This document shows, one piece after another, positions 37,566-47,791 of a stretch of 64,000 bases of DNA. Location: NCBI GenBank assembly GCA_963664825.1, contig OY761614.1:2784001-2848000 (forward strand), read 5' to 3'. The notes under the pieces were generated by a model. It ran no database searches. It saw only the letters and a list, made by a program, of their open reading frames with translations, and was not told the origin of the DNA. Made by a program: the position numbers and the translations under genes. Every line of letters starts with the position of its first letter. The first letter of the stretch is position 1. This stretch comes from an uncultured Holophaga sp. (GTDB lineage Bacteria; Acidobacteriota; Holophagae; Holophagales; Holophagaceae).

Positions 37566-38123
37566 GTGACGAAAAGAGCAGCGCTGTTCATCGATCGGGA
37601 CGGGACCCTCGTGGAGGAGGTGGACTATCTCCATCGTCCCGAAGAGACCGTGCTGACGCGGAAGGCCGGTCCAGCCATTGCGGCGCTGAATGGGCGAGGC
37701 ATTCCCGTTCTCGTCATCACCAACCAAGCGGGCATCGGGAAGGGGATGTTCGGCTGGAAGGACTACGAGGCCGTGATGCAGCGTCTGGGTGAACTCCTGT
37801 CGGTCTGGGACGCGCATATCGATGAGGCCTACGTCTGTCCCTTCCACCCCGAAGCCCTGGACGACTATCGCTACGAGAACCACCCTGAGCGCAAACCCAA
37901 TCCCGGCATGCTCCTGAAGGCCGCCGAAGAACACGGCATTGATCTGGCGCGGTCCTGGATGATCGGGGACAAAGCCATCGACCTGGAAGCGGGGCGGAAC
38001 GCCGGATGTCGGGTGGCCCTGGTGCGCACGGGCTATGGCAGCAAGGTCGATCCGGCCCTCGCCGATCTCGTGGCGGAGGATCTCGCGGAGGCCATCGAGG
38101 GGATCCTGGCCACATGGTCCTGA
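37566..38123 (+). CDS. gmhB: D-glycero-D-manno-heptose 1,7-bisphosphate phosphatase (HAD IIIA)
   Basis: FIDRDGTL, TNQAGI, CPFHP, RKPNPGM and MIGDK motifs. Confidence 0.85.
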   Translation: MTKRAALFIDRDGTLVEEVDYLHRPEETVLTRKAGPAIAALNGRGIPVLVITNQAGIGKGMFGWKDYEAVMQRLGELLSVWDAHIDEAYVCPFHPEALDDYRYENHPERKPNPGMLLKAAEEHGIDLARSWMIGDKAIDLEAGRNAGCRVALVRTGYGSKVDPALADLVAEDLAEAIEGILATWS

Positions 38124-38860
38124 TCGAGAAACGGAATCTTGTACCCGGGCGGATTGTGAAGCGCTACAAGCGCTTCCTGGCAGATGTGGAGCTGGAGGAT
38201 GGCCGCCTCGTAGTGGCCCATTGCACCAACACGGGCGCCATGAGCACCTGCTGGGAACCCGGGGATTTTGTGCTCCTGGAACCCGCCGCCAACCCGGATC
38301 GCAAGCTCAAATACACCTGGATCGCCTGCCGCCGGGAGGGCACCTGGATCGGCGTGGAGACCGGGCTTCCCAACAAAGTGGTGGCCGAGGCCGCGCGCCG
38401 GGATGCTCTGCCGGGATTGCCCGGACTGCGGGAGGTCCGCACGGAAGTGAAATACGGCGCCGAAAACAGCCGGGTCGATGTCTGGGCCCTGGATGCCGAG
38501 GGCCGCCAGGCCTACATCGAGGTGAAGAATACGACCCTGAAGATCCTGGACCTGGCCTGCTTTCCGGATGCCGTCACCCAGCGAGGCCTCAAACATCTTC
38601 GGGAGCTGCAGGGGATGGTGCGCGCCGGGCACCGCGCCGCCATTGCCTTCTTCGTGCACCGGCAGGACGTGTCGGCCTTCGACGCGGCCTGGGAGATCGA
38701 TCCCGCATACGCCCAGGAGCTGGATGCCGCCATCCAGGGCGGTGTCGAACTGCTCGCCCTCCAGGCGCGGATGGAAGCCGGGGAGGGAAAGTCCGGGGAA
38801 TGGAGCCTCTCGTGGAGTTTGGATGGGCTGCTGCCCTGGGTCCAGCGGGCCAGGTTGTGA
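38114..38860 (+). CDS. sfsA: DNA/RNA nuclease SfsA
   Basis: RYKRFLADV, AHCTNTG, SRVD, IEVKNTT and FPDAVT.RG.KHL motifs. Confidence 0.92.
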   Translation: MVLIEKRNLVPGRIVKRYKRFLADVELEDGRLVVAHCTNTGAMSTCWEPGDFVLLEPAANPDRKLKYTWIACRREGTWIGVETGLPNKVVAEAARRDALPGLPGLREVRTEVKYGAENSRVDVWALDAEGRQAYIEVKNTTLKILDLACFPDAVTQRGLKHLRELQGMVRAGHRAAIAFFVHRQDVSAFDAAWEIDPAYAQELDAAIQGGVELLALQARMEAGEGKSGEWSLSWSLDGLLPWVQRARL

Positions 38861-38939
38861 CCAATCTCAAGAGGGGGTTTGCCATGGGTGTGAACTAGAA
38901 TCAAAGCATTTCGTAATCCAATCCTCTTGGGAGAACGCC

Positions 38940-40205
38940 ATGGCCAGCGCAAAGAAGCAGACACCTCTGTTCGATTGGCATAAGGCGCACGGAGCCAATA
39001 TCGTCGAATTTGGCGACTACCTCATGCCCGTTTGGTACGCCAGTGCCCGCGCCGAACACCTGGCGGTCGTTTCCCAGGCTGGGCTCTTCGATACGAGTCA
39101 CATGGCGGCTCTGCGGGTGTTCGGGGCGGACGCCTTCGAGGTGCTGCAGTGGTGCTTCACACGCAACCTGAACGCCTGCGTGGGCAAGGACAACGCGCCC
39201 CTGGTCGACGGCAAGTGCGTGTATGGCCTGTTCCTCGACGAGCACGGCCACGCCATCGACGATAGCCTCGTCTACAAGCTCCAGGACGGGGAATACATGG
39301 TCGTGGTCAATGCGGGCATGGGCGGCGCCATCGCTGCGCACCTAGTCCAGCAGGCCAAGGGTCGGGATCTTAAGGTGATCGACCTCACCGATAAGCTTGG
39401 CAAGATCGATATCCAGGGGCCGGCCTCCATCAAGATCATGGCCAAGCTCCTGAAGAACCCCGAGGTCGTCTTCGATAAGCTCCCCTACTTCTCGGCCAAG
39501 GGCCACTTCGATCCCGCCTCCAAGCTGGCCGGGCAGGTGCAGTTGTTGGACGGCACGCCGGTGCTGCTATCCCGTTCGGGCTACACCGGCGAGGTGGGCT
39601 TCGAACTCTTCGTGGAGCGGACTCATACCGTGAAGCTGTGGGAAGCGATCCTGGAAGCGGGAGAAGCCTTCGGCCTGACGGCCTGCGGCCTGGCGGCTCG
39701 CGATTCCCTGCGGGCGGGAGCCGTGTTGCCGCTCTCCCATCAGGACATCGGACACTGGCCCTGCATCCGCAACCCCTGGCCCTTCGCCCTGCCCATGGCC
39801 TCCGATAGCGTCAGCTTTACGAAGAAGTTCCTCGGTTCCGAGGCTCTGGAGAAGGCGACGGACGCGGCCTATACCCTGACTTTCGTCGGGCACGATCTCC
39901 GGAAGGTGGATGCCCACGAGGCCCGGGTTTATCTGGATGGCCAGGAGATCGGGACCGTCCTGACCTGCGTCACCGATATGGCCATCGGGCGCTTCGAAGG
40001 CAAGATCTATAGCCTTGCCTCCCAGGACAAGCCCGAGGGGCTGGCCATCAAGGGCCTCTGCTGCGGCTTCATCAAGGTCGGATCCCAGTTGGCCCCCGGC
40101 ACCGCCGTGGAGATCAGGGATGGCAAGCGCGCCATCCAGGTGCTCATCGAGACCGATGTCCGGCCTGCCCGCACGGCCCGCAAGGCGCTGAAGACCTTCC
40201 TGTGA
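38940..40205 (+). CDS. gcvT: Aminomethyltransferase (glycine cleavage T protein)
   Basis: TPLFDWH, LFDTSHM, IQGP, RSGYTGEVGFE and GLAARDSLR motifs. Confidence 0.9.
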   Translation: MASAKKQTPLFDWHKAHGANIVEFGDYLMPVWYASARAEHLAVVSQAGLFDTSHMAALRVFGADAFEVLQWCFTRNLNACVGKDNAPLVDGKCVYGLFLDEHGHAIDDSLVYKLQDGEYMVVVNAGMGGAIAAHLVQQAKGRDLKVIDLTDKLGKIDIQGPASIKIMAKLLKNPEVVFDKLPYFSAKGHFDPASKLAGQVQLLDGTPVLLSRSGYTGEVGFELFVERTHTVKLWEAILEAGEAFGLTACGLAARDSLRAGAVLPLSHQDIGHWPCIRNPWPFALPMASDSVSFTKKFLGSEALEKATDAAYTLTFVGHDLRKVDAHEARVYLDGQEIGTVLTCVTDMAIGRFEGKIYSLASQDKPEGLAIKGLCCGFIKVGSQLAPGTAVEIRDGKRAIQVLIETDVRPARTARKALKTFL

Positions 40206-40324
40206 TTTCCCAAAACCCCTCTCGGTAGCTCCTCTACCGAGCGCTGAACCGGCGGGCGTCTGCTCCCTTTGACCCCGTCTCGCCCAAGTCCTACTACACT
40301 GATCCCATCCCCTGTGGAGGCTCC

Positions 40325-40711
40325 ATGTATCCTGCCGACTGCAAGTACACCAAGAACCACGAATATCTGAAGCCCCTGGGGGATGGAACGGCCCTCATCG
40401 GCATCACTCATTACGCCCAGGAAGCCCTGGGCGATGTGGTGTTCGTCCAGCTCCCGGAAGTCGGGACGGCCCTGGCCACAGGCGACGAGTTCGGCACGGT
40501 GGAATCCGTGAAGACGGTTTCCGAATGCTACCTGCCCTCCGGCGGCGAGGTGGTGGCCGTCAATGACGAACTGGAGGCCCATCCCGAGTTCGTGAACGAG
40601 GATGCCTATGGCAAGGGCTGGATGCTGAAGATCAAACTGGTTGGCGATATCAATCCCGAACTCCTGGATGCCAAGGCCTACGAGGCCCATGTGGCCAGCG
40701 AGGCGCACTGA
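40325..40711 (+). CDS. gcvH: Glycine cleavage system H protein
   Basis: GITHYAQEALGDVVFV, lipoyl-Lys motif VESVK, and VNEDAYGKGW. Confidence 0.95.
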   Translation: MYPADCKYTKNHEYLKPLGDGTALIGITHYAQEALGDVVFVQLPEVGTALATGDEFGTVESVKTVSECYLPSGGEVVAVNDELEAHPEFVNEDAYGKGWMLKIKLVGDINPELLDAKAYEAHVASEAH

Positions 40712-42460
40712 GTGACTTTTTCACCACTCCGTCTGGGTCGGATGGCGCTGATCCTCGCCGCCCTTGGGGGGGTGGGGGTAGGTGCCGTGCCGCCTCCGGC
40801 AGAGGTTCCACCCGTCGAGAAGTCCCTCCAAGCTCCCCATGAGAGCGCGATCCTGCGTTTGAAATCCCTGGTGGAGGCCGCCGAAAAGGCTCTGGAGGCC
40901 GAGGACTCGGATACGGCCTCCAATTGCGCCGAGGAGGCCGAGGTCCTGATCGCCGATTGGTCCCCGGAAGTCCTCCGCCGGGCCGATATCTCAAAGCTCA
41001 TCGAGCGGCTGCGGGATGTCCTGAAGCAGACCGAAGCTGATTCCGAAGAGGCCGACGAAGGCCTCCAGATCACCGAGGAGGAGGTCTCTCTTTCCGAGGG
41101 GGAACTCAAGGCCGAGCGGGATCAGGTGCTGGCCGCAGAGCAGGGGGCGGTCTTCGATTTCCCCATCGACCTCAATGACAAGGTGCTCACCTGGGTCAAT
41201 ATCTTCACCGGGCGCATCAAGAACAAGATCGAGGCCAGCCTTTCCCGGGGCTCCCGCTACCTCCCCTTGATCCGGCAGATATTCGCCGAGGAAGGCATCC
41301 CTCAGGACCTGGCCTTCCTACCCATCGTGGAATCCGGCTATATCAACTACGCCCGCAGCCCCGCCAAGGCCGTGGGCATGTGGCAGTTCATGCCTGCCAC
41401 CGGCCGCATCTTCGGACTCACCGGCAACGCCTGGATGGAGGAGCGCCGGGATCCCGCCAAGGCGACCCGGGCCGCGGCCCGCTATCTGCGGAACCTCTAC
41501 AGGGATTCCGGGGATTGGTATCTGGCCTTGGCCGGGTACAACAACGGCCCCGGCCGCGTGGAGTCCGCGGCGCAGGCCCTCCAGTCCCGCAATTTCTGGG
41601 ACATGGCCCGCTCCCGCTGGATGCGGGACGCCACCAAGAGCTACGTGCCCCAGATGTGCGCCGCTGTACTCGTGGGGCGCTTCCCCGAGCGCTACGGCCT
41701 GCACGTGGCCCAGGAGGCCCCCTTCGTCTTCGAGACCGTCGAGGTAGACCGGATGACGAGCCTCGCGGTGCTGGCTAGGCATGCGGGCACGGGCATCGAT
41801 GCGCTGAAGGACCTCAATCCCGAACTCCTGCGCGCGACAACCCCGCCGGGGCACTACACGTTGCGCGTTCCCCCCGGCACAGCCAGCACGGTAGCCCACG
41901 CCCTGGCGAAGATCCCGGCCGCCGAGCGGGTGGATTTCAAGGCCTATGTCATCCGGAAGGGTGACACCCTGGCCAAGGTGGCGGCGCGCTTCGAAATGAG
42001 CCCCGGGGATCTGCTGGCGGCCAATGGCATCACCAAGGCCAAGTTCAGGCCGGGCCGGAAAATCCAGGTGCCCCCCCCCTCGGTCCTGCCCCCCGTGGAG
42101 GCCAAGTTCAAGGCCGAGGAGGAAAAGCCCAAGGTGCTCTCCGATCAACCCCTGGAACCCCTGCCTGTCATTCCGGGCTCCACGACTGAAACCAATGGGG
42201 CCATCAAGGCCCCCCAGACGCCTCCGGTGGAGGCGCCCGAAAAAGCGGCTCCCGCACCGGTTCCTCACCCGAAGGACGTCCCTGTGGCGGTTGCCAAATC
42301 CGAAGCGATCCGGCCCAAGGTCCATCTGGTGAAGCGGGGTGAGACCCTCTTCTCCATCGGTGAGCGGTACGGCCTCGAACTCAAGGATCTGCGGAAGTGG
42401 AATAGGATCAAGGGCAACAAGCTCCAGGCCGGACAGCGATTGCGACTTCAGAAACCTTGA
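40712..42460 (+). CDS. Lytic transglycosylase with LysM domains (MltD-like)
   Basis: LPIVESG, AVGMWQFM..TG and LALAGYN motifs; two clear LysM repeats. Confidence 0.9.
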   Translation: MTFSPLRLGRMALILAALGGVGVGAVPPPAEVPPVEKSLQAPHESAILRLKSLVEAAEKALEAEDSDTASNCAEEAEVLIADWSPEVLRRADISKLIERLRDVLKQTEADSEEADEGLQITEEEVSLSEGELKAERDQVLAAEQGAVFDFPIDLNDKVLTWVNIFTGRIKNKIEASLSRGSRYLPLIRQIFAEEGIPQDLAFLPIVESGYINYARSPAKAVGMWQFMPATGRIFGLTGNAWMEERRDPAKATRAAARYLRNLYRDSGDWYLALAGYNNGPGRVESAAQALQSRNFWDMARSRWMRDATKSYVPQMCAAVLVGRFPERYGLHVAQEAPFVFETVEVDRMTSLAVLARHAGTGIDALKDLNPELLRATTPPGHYTLRVPPGTASTVAHALAKIPAAERVDFKAYVIRKGDTLAKVAARFEMSPGDLLAANGITKAKFRPGRKIQVPPPSVLPPVEAKFKAEEEKPKVLSDQPLEPLPVIPGSTTETNGAIKAPQTPPVEAPEKAAPAPVPHPKDVPVAVAKSEAIRPKVHLVKRGETLFSIGERYGLELKDLRKWNRIKGNKLQAGQRLRLQKP

Positions 42461-42520
42461 GAGGCGGCCCTGTTTTTTTGCTTGATCGCCGTCCCGACCC
42501 GTGGTTAACTAGTGTTTCCC

Positions 42521-42596
42521 GGGGCTATAGCTCAGCTGGGAGAGCGCCTGCATGGCATGCAGGAGGTCAGCGGTTCGATCCCGCTTAGCTCCACCA
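42521..42596 (+). tRNA. tRNA-Ala (GGC)
   Basis: GGGGCTATAGCTCAGCTGGGAGAGCGCCTGCATGGCATGCAGGAGGTCAGCGGTTCGATCCCGCTTAGCTCCACCA. Confidence 0.97.
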
Positions 42597-42597
42597 A

Positions 42598-42620
42598 AAC
42601 GCCGCCGCGAGGCGGCGTTT
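42598..42620 (+). terminator. Terminator after tRNA-Ala
   Basis: AAACGCCGCC-GCGA-GGCGGCGTTT. Confidence 0.7.
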
Positions 42621-42947
42621 CTGCGTACCCATGGACGGGATCGGACCGCTGAGAAAGCGCGGCGGCCCGGCTGACTCGGGCTTCCAGCCCTCGCCCCTTC
42701 GGGGCCGCCATCGGCTTCGCCGCTGCGGTCCTATCCGCTTGCGCGTATGGTGGCCGCAACGAGCAATGCCCCGGTGGGGCCTGCGCAGTGGCCGCCCGCG
42801 CGCGTTCGATGCCGCGCCAGGGCTCCGTCAGATTCCGCTTCGGTACCTCCGTTCTTGGGGCTCCTCCAGACTCCTGTGCATGGGATGAGGCCGCCCCGCG
42901 GTAATCTAAAAGATCCGCGCTTGCGGTTTTCCCGGATGTCTTCCACG

Positions 42948-44963
42948 ATGCTTGCTTCTTTGAACCATGCCCACCTCTGCTTTGGTCCCCAGGAAGTCCT
43001 GAAGGACGTCACCTGGGCGTTGCAGGAAGACGAATGCTGGGGGGTCATCGGGCGCAACGGTGCGGGGAAGAGCACCCTCTTCAAAGTGCTGCTGGGCCAG
43101 CTGGAACTCGATGACGGCGTGGCCGTGCGCCCCTCCAGGGAACGCGGCATCCGCATGGGGCACTATGCCCAGGATCTCGAACCCGAGACGAACGGCGGCG
43201 TCATGGAGGAGACCCTCGCGGCCTTCGGCGAAATCGAAGCGCTCCAGCGCTCCATGCGCGAATTGGAACATCAGATGTCGGATACCGGTGCGGATCTGGA
43301 ATCCGTCATGGAGCAGTACCAGGTGGCCACCGAGGCCTTCGAGCGCCTGGACGGGTTCACCATCCGCGCCCGGGCCGAGGGGATTCTCTTCGCCCTGGGT
43401 TTCGCGCCGGACATGCTCGAGAAAAATATCCACGAGCTGAGCGGTGGCCAGAAGAGCCGCGTGATGCTGGCCAAGGCCATCCTGCAGGGCCAGGATCTGT
43501 TGCTGCTGGACGAGCCCACGAACCATCTGGACCTGCCCAGCCTGCGCTGGCTGGAGAGTTTCCTGAGCGATACCACAGCCACGGTGGCCGTCATCAGCCA
43601 TGACCGCTACTTCCTCGACGGCGTGGCCACCAGCATCCTGGAGATCGAAGCCGGTCGCAGCCGGGCCTACGAGGGGGGCTACACCGATTTCATCGAGAAG
43701 AAGGAACAGGAACTGGAGATCGCCGAGAAGCATTTCGAACAGCAGCAGGGCTACATCAAGCGCCAGGAGGAATACATCCGGCGCAATATCGCCGGCCAGA
43801 ACACCAAGATGGCCCAGGGGCGCCGCACGCATCTCAGCAAGCTCCAGCGCCTCGATAGGCCCCTGCGGGATCGCCGCAAGGTGAAATTCAGCTTCCCCGA
43901 GACTCAGCGCAGCGGAGATACGGCGCTGGTCCTGGAGAAGGTAAGTGTGGGCTGGGAGGGCGTGCCGCTCTTCGCGCCCCTGGACCATCTCCAGGTGAAG
44001 CGCGGGCAGAAGCTGGCCATCGTGGGCTTCAACGGCACCGGCAAGTCCACGCTGCTGAAGGCCATCGCCGAGGAAATCCCCTTCCTCGCTGGCACCTGCC
44101 GCCTGGGCAGCCAGGTGAAGCTGGGCTACTTCGATCAGCATCACCGGAACCTGGATTCCCGCAACACGGTCTTCCAGCAGATCCAGGGCGTGATCCCCAT
44201 GGCGCCCAAGCAGGATGTGCTGGGCTTCTTGGCCAAGTTCCAGTTCCGGGGCGACGACGTGGATAAGCCCGTGACCGTCCTCAGCGGCGGGGAACGCGCG
44301 CGGCTCTCCATCGCCACCTTGATCCGGGAAGGCGTCAATCTGCTCATGCTCGACGAGCCCACCAACCACATGGATATCCACTCCATGGAGGCCATGGAGG
44401 ACACGATCCTCAGCTTTACGGGAGCCGTGGTGCTCGTGACCCACGACCGCTACCTGCTGGGTCGCGTGGCCGATTCCCTGCTGCGCATCCACGATGGCAA
44501 GGCCGAATTCCGGGAGGGTGGCTACGAGGAACACCAGGCCTGGGTGGATCTGGATCTGGGCCAAGACACCGGCGAAGCCGAAGCCAAGGCCAAGGTGGAG
44601 GTCCCCAGTCTCGGGAAGGTGCATAAGACCGGGAAGGTCCCCAAGGTGGAAAACGCTCCCAAGGCCGAGAAACCCAAGGTCCTGCCGAAGCCCAAGGCTC
44701 TGGCGAAGCCCAAGCCTGTCGCCATCGACAAGGAACGCCAGAAGAGCCAGAAACGCCTCGAGCGCCTGATCGGTGAATCCGAGACCAAGGTCGCGGCCCT
44801 GGAGGCCCAGGCCGCAGTCCTGAACGGGGAACTGGTCACCGTGGACCCCTCCGACTGGAAGAGCTTCCAGGAAAAGACCGATGCCTTGAAGGCCATCGAG
44901 ATGGATCTGGCCTACGCTATGGCCGAATGGGAGGAGCGCCAGCGTTCGCTGGAGGAACTCTAG
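42948..44963 (+). CDS. ABC-F family ATPase
   Basis: Two NBDs (GRNGAGKS/LSGGQ/DEPTNHLD and GFNGTGKS/LSGGE/DEPTNH), no TM, C-terminal coiled coil. Confidence 0.93.
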   Translation: MLASLNHAHLCFGPQEVLKDVTWALQEDECWGVIGRNGAGKSTLFKVLLGQLELDDGVAVRPSRERGIRMGHYAQDLEPETNGGVMEETLAAFGEIEALQRSMRELEHQMSDTGADLESVMEQYQVATEAFERLDGFTIRARAEGILFALGFAPDMLEKNIHELSGGQKSRVMLAKAILQGQDLLLLDEPTNHLDLPSLRWLESFLSDTTATVAVISHDRYFLDGVATSILEIEAGRSRAYEGGYTDFIEKKEQELEIAEKHFEQQQGYIKRQEEYIRRNIAGQNTKMAQGRRTHLSKLQRLDRPLRDRRKVKFSFPETQRSGDTALVLEKVSVGWEGVPLFAPLDHLQVKRGQKLAIVGFNGTGKSTLLKAIAEEIPFLAGTCRLGSQVKLGYFDQHHRNLDSRNTVFQQIQGVIPMAPKQDVLGFLAKFQFRGDDVDKPVTVLSGGERARLSIATLIREGVNLLMLDEPTNHMDIHSMEAMEDTILSFTGAVVLVTHDRYLLGRVADSLLRIHDGKAEFREGGYEEHQAWVDLDLGQDTGEAEAKAKVEVPSLGKVHKTGKVPKVENAPKAEKPKVLPKPKALAKPKPVAIDKERQKSQKRLERLIGESETKVAALEAQAAVLNGELVTVDPSDWKSFQEKTDALKAIEMDLAYAMAEWEERQRSLEEL

Positions 44964-45041
44964 GCAAGCGTGTGCAGCTTCAAATTGTCCACGACTCGAA
45001 ATGCCTCACGAAACCCGCGTTTGAGCTGAAGGCCCACGGCC

Positions 45042-45770
45042 CTAGAAGACAGCCGTGGCCCCGCCGTCGATGGGAATGAGGGTGCCTGTGGTCCACCGGC
45101 TCTCGCTGGAAAGCAGATGGGTGGCCAGGGCCGCCACCTCTGCCTCTAGCCCCAGGCGATGGAGGGGGTTGACGCTGGCGAGGCGCTGGAGAGCGCGCGG
45201 GGGATCGGCGCTCTCCTGCAACCGCGCTTCCACCATGGCCGTGTGGACGGGGCCGGGGGCGATGGCGTTGCAGCGGATCTCCCTGGGCCCCCATTCCAGG
45301 GCCAGCACCTGGGCCAGCATGTGCAGGCCGGCCTTGGATACGGAGTAGGCGGCGGAATCGGGAATGGCCCGGATGCCGATATTGGAGCCCACGAGCACCA
45401 CGCTGGCTCCCCTTTTCAGCCTGGGCCCCAGGTGGTGGCAGAGCAGCCAGGGGCCCCGCAGATTGGCCCTGATCATCCGATCGAAATCCTCGACAGGGGT
45501 GGATTGGACACTGCCTGTCCGCAGTTGTCCGGCGGCCAGGAACATGCCGTCCAGGGCCGGGCATTGGGCTGCGAAGGCCGCCACAGCCCCGTCATCGGAA
45601 TGGTCGAGAGCCGCATGCTGGACAGCGGGAAGGGTTTCTTGGAGCGCCTCGAGGCCCCTGCCCAGGAGAATCAGTTCGGCGCCTGCGGCTTCGAAATACC
45701 GTGCCGCGCAGCGCCCGATGCCGCTGCCGGCGCCACTCACCAGGATCCGCTGGCCCTTCAGCTCTCGCAC
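45042..45770 (-). CDS. SDR family oxidoreductase
   Basis: SGAGSGIG, YSVSK and NAIAPG motifs. Confidence 0.92.
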   Translation of the reverse strand: MRELKGQRILVSGAGSGIGRCAARYFEAAGAELILLGRGLEALQETLPAVQHAALDHSDDGAVAAFAAQCPALDGMFLAAGQLRTGSVQSTPVEDFDRMIRANLRGPWLLCHHLGPRLKRGASVVLVGSNIGIRAIPDSAAYSVSKAGLHMLAQVLALEWGPREIRCNAIAPGPVHTAMVEARLQESADPPRALQRLASVNPLHRLGLEAEVAALATHLLSSESRWTTGTLIPIDGGATAVF

Positions 45771-46387
45771 GGTTTTTCAGTGTGGTGTTTGATCGGCGCC
45801 ACCACGCCACCGCTGACGGCCCAGGTAAAGGCCTGTTCGGGACCGATATCGACGGGGCGGACCTTGCTCTCCTCCAGCATCACGACGTAGCCGGAGGTGG
45901 GATTGGGGGAGGTGGGGACATAGACCGCGATCATATTTTCGCCCCCCTCCACCGCCCAGCTGCAATCCCGGCGGGCCACGAAGGCCAGGGTATAGCAGCC
46001 GGGATGGGGCCACTCCACCAGCACCACTTCCTTGAAACTGCCGCCCTGGCCGTTCTGGATGGCGCCGATGACCTGCTTGGTGGCGCCGTAGATGCCCTTG
46101 ACGCCGGGAATGTGCAGCATGATCTCGTCCAGCCAGGCCAGGAGTTGGCGGCCCAGGAGGTTACCCACCAGCAGCCCCACGACCAAGAGCAGCAGCAGCG
46201 TGGCCGCCGCCGAAAGCAGGGCCAGCATCCAGGTGGGAGGCAGGGGCAGGCCCGTGAGATGCGCGATCCCGCTGAGGGGACCCCGGGAGATATCGATCAG
46301 GCCGAACAGGATGGCCTTCAGCAGCCAGAGCGTCACCACCAGGGGCAGGAGGGTAAACAGGCCCGCGAGGAGGTACTTCCGTATCAT
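45758..46387 (-). CDS. DUF502 family membrane protein
   Basis: RKYLLAGL..LLP, IPGVKGIY and VYVPTSPNPTSG motifs. Confidence 0.88.
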   Translation of the reverse strand: MIRKYLLAGLFTLLPLVVTLWLLKAILFGLIDISRGPLSGIAHLTGLPLPPTWMLALLSAAATLLLLLVVGLLVGNLLGRQLLAWLDEIMLHIPGVKGIYGATKQVIGAIQNGQGGSFKEVVLVEWPHPGCYTLAFVARRDCSWAVEGGENMIAVYVPTSPNPTSGYVVMLEESKVRPVDIGPEQAFTWAVSGGVVAPIKHHTEKPCES

Positions 46388-46439
46388 CACAGCCCCCCGA
46401 TTCGGCAGTCGGACTTCGAGGAGGACGGGGCCTCGGGCA

Positions 46440-47126
46440 TCACCGGAGTGGCTCCTCGGGTTTCTCGTCCCCCGTGAGGCGGCTGGTGCCGCTCAGAATG
46501 CGGTCCCCGATCTTCAGCCAGAAGGCATGGAAGTAGCGTATGGCGCTCCAGATGGCCAGGATGAGGGCGATCCACATGAGGATCTGCCCCAGGCCCACGA
46601 AGAGGCCCCAGGGTTCGGTCGTGTGGAGGGCGCCACGGAAGAACGTGGCCACACTCCACTGGCGAAAGACTTCCAGGCCGGTCCAGAAGTGGAGCCAACC
46701 ATCCAGCACGGGGCCGAAGATGAGACATGAAATGGCCGCGATCTGGGCGCCCAGCTTCCACTTGCCCATGCGGTCGGCGGCGATGGTGATGCCTTCCTCG
46801 CTGGCGATGCCCCGCAGGCCCGTGATGGCCATCTCCCGGGCCAGGATGATGAAGGCCATCCAGGCCGGGGTCTTATCGAGTTCGATGAGCGAAATCAGGG
46901 CCGCCGAGATCAGCAGCTTGTCGGCCAGAGGGTCCAGCAGCTTGCCCAGCACGGTCACCTGGCGGTACTTCCGGGCGAAGTAGCCGTCGTAGAAGTCCGT
47001 GATGGAGGCGATCCAGAACACCACCGCGCCGATGATCTGGTGGTGCTGGACACGGGTCATCAGCACCACCACAAGGATGGGCACCATCAGGATCCGGGCG
47101 AAGGTGAGGTAATTCGGGAGGTTCAT
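46440..47126 (-). CDS. pgsA: CDP-diacylglycerol--glycerol-3-phosphate 3-phosphatidyltransferase
   Basis: MNLPNYLT, TDFYDGYFAR, GKLLDPLADK and REMAITGLR motifs. Confidence 0.88.
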   Translation of the reverse strand: MNLPNYLTFARILMVPILVVVLMTRVQHHQIIGAVVFWIASITDFYDGYFARKYRQVTVLGKLLDPLADKLLISAALISLIELDKTPAWMAFIILAREMAITGLRGIASEEGITIAADRMGKWKLGAQIAAISCLIFGPVLDGWLHFWTGLEVFRQWSVATFFRGALHTTEPWGLFVGLGQILMWIALILAIWSAIRYFHAFWLKIGDRILSGTSRLTGDEKPEEPLR

Positions 47127-47172
47127 GGAGGGTTGACCTTGCAAGGGGATTACGATCCCTCCAGCCTAGCAT

Positions 47173-47775
47173 CTAGAGCACCGTGAACCCCCCCTTGCCG
47201 AGGATGATCTGCCACTGGGCATCCTCCATCGGCTCGAAAGGCGTCTCGGAACGCCCCAGGTAGTCCAGGCTCCCCCGGGAAAGGCGCACGGAGATGCCTC
47301 GCGCCTGGAGGCCTCGGAGCAGCTCCAGGGCGCGGGGATCCTCCAGCAACTCCAGCGCATCGTGGGCGAGGAGCACCCAGGGTGTGCCTGCCTCCAGGTG
47401 CTCCAGGACGCCCAGGAGCAATTGGCGCCCCAGGGCGCGATCCCCGGGGGCGAAGGCGCTGCGGAGGAGGAGTAGGGGCCTGGGCCCCGATGGGGCAGGG
47501 GCCGGAGCCTCAAGGGCGGGAAGCGCCTGGGGCTGGAGGGCAGGGATCGGGCTGGGATCTCCGGGCACATCCAGCTGCCAATGGGAGCCCAGGGAGCGGA
47601 GGGAGGCAGGGCGGCCCTGGCGCTCCAGAAAGCTCGCCAGATTGACGCGCAGCATCTCGTCGGAATCCACCAGAATCCGCATGGCGATGCCTGGATGCCG
47701 CTCCATGGCGTTCTTCACGTCCAGGAGGGCGCGGGAGACGGTGACATCGAAGAGCTCAAGGGTCAGGATGTCCAT
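47173..47775 (-). CDS. Hypothetical protein, TusA-like + DsrE-like (YedF-type) architecture
   Basis: GDRALGRQLL, SRGSLDYLG and an N-terminal ILVDS...NL..FLE pattern; the usual Cys residues are absent. Confidence 0.45.
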   Translation of the reverse strand: MDILTLELFDVTVSRALLDVKNAMERHPGIAMRILVDSDEMLRVNLASFLERQGRPASLRSLGSHWQLDVPGDPSPIPALQPQALPALEAPAPAPSGPRPLLLLRSAFAPGDRALGRQLLLGVLEHLEAGTPWVLLAHDALELLEDPRALELLRGLQARGISVRLSRGSLDYLGRSETPFEPMEDAQWQIILGKGGFTVL

Positions 47776-47791
47776 GGAAGGAGTCTATTCC

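Noticed and set aside
38861..38939. Glycine riboswitch upstream of gcvT
   Set aside because: The gap is only about 80 bp and lacks the conserved aptamer motifs.
42521..42596. tRNA-Ala as a second integration site
   Set aside because: No duplicate of its 3' end and no nearby integrase were seen.
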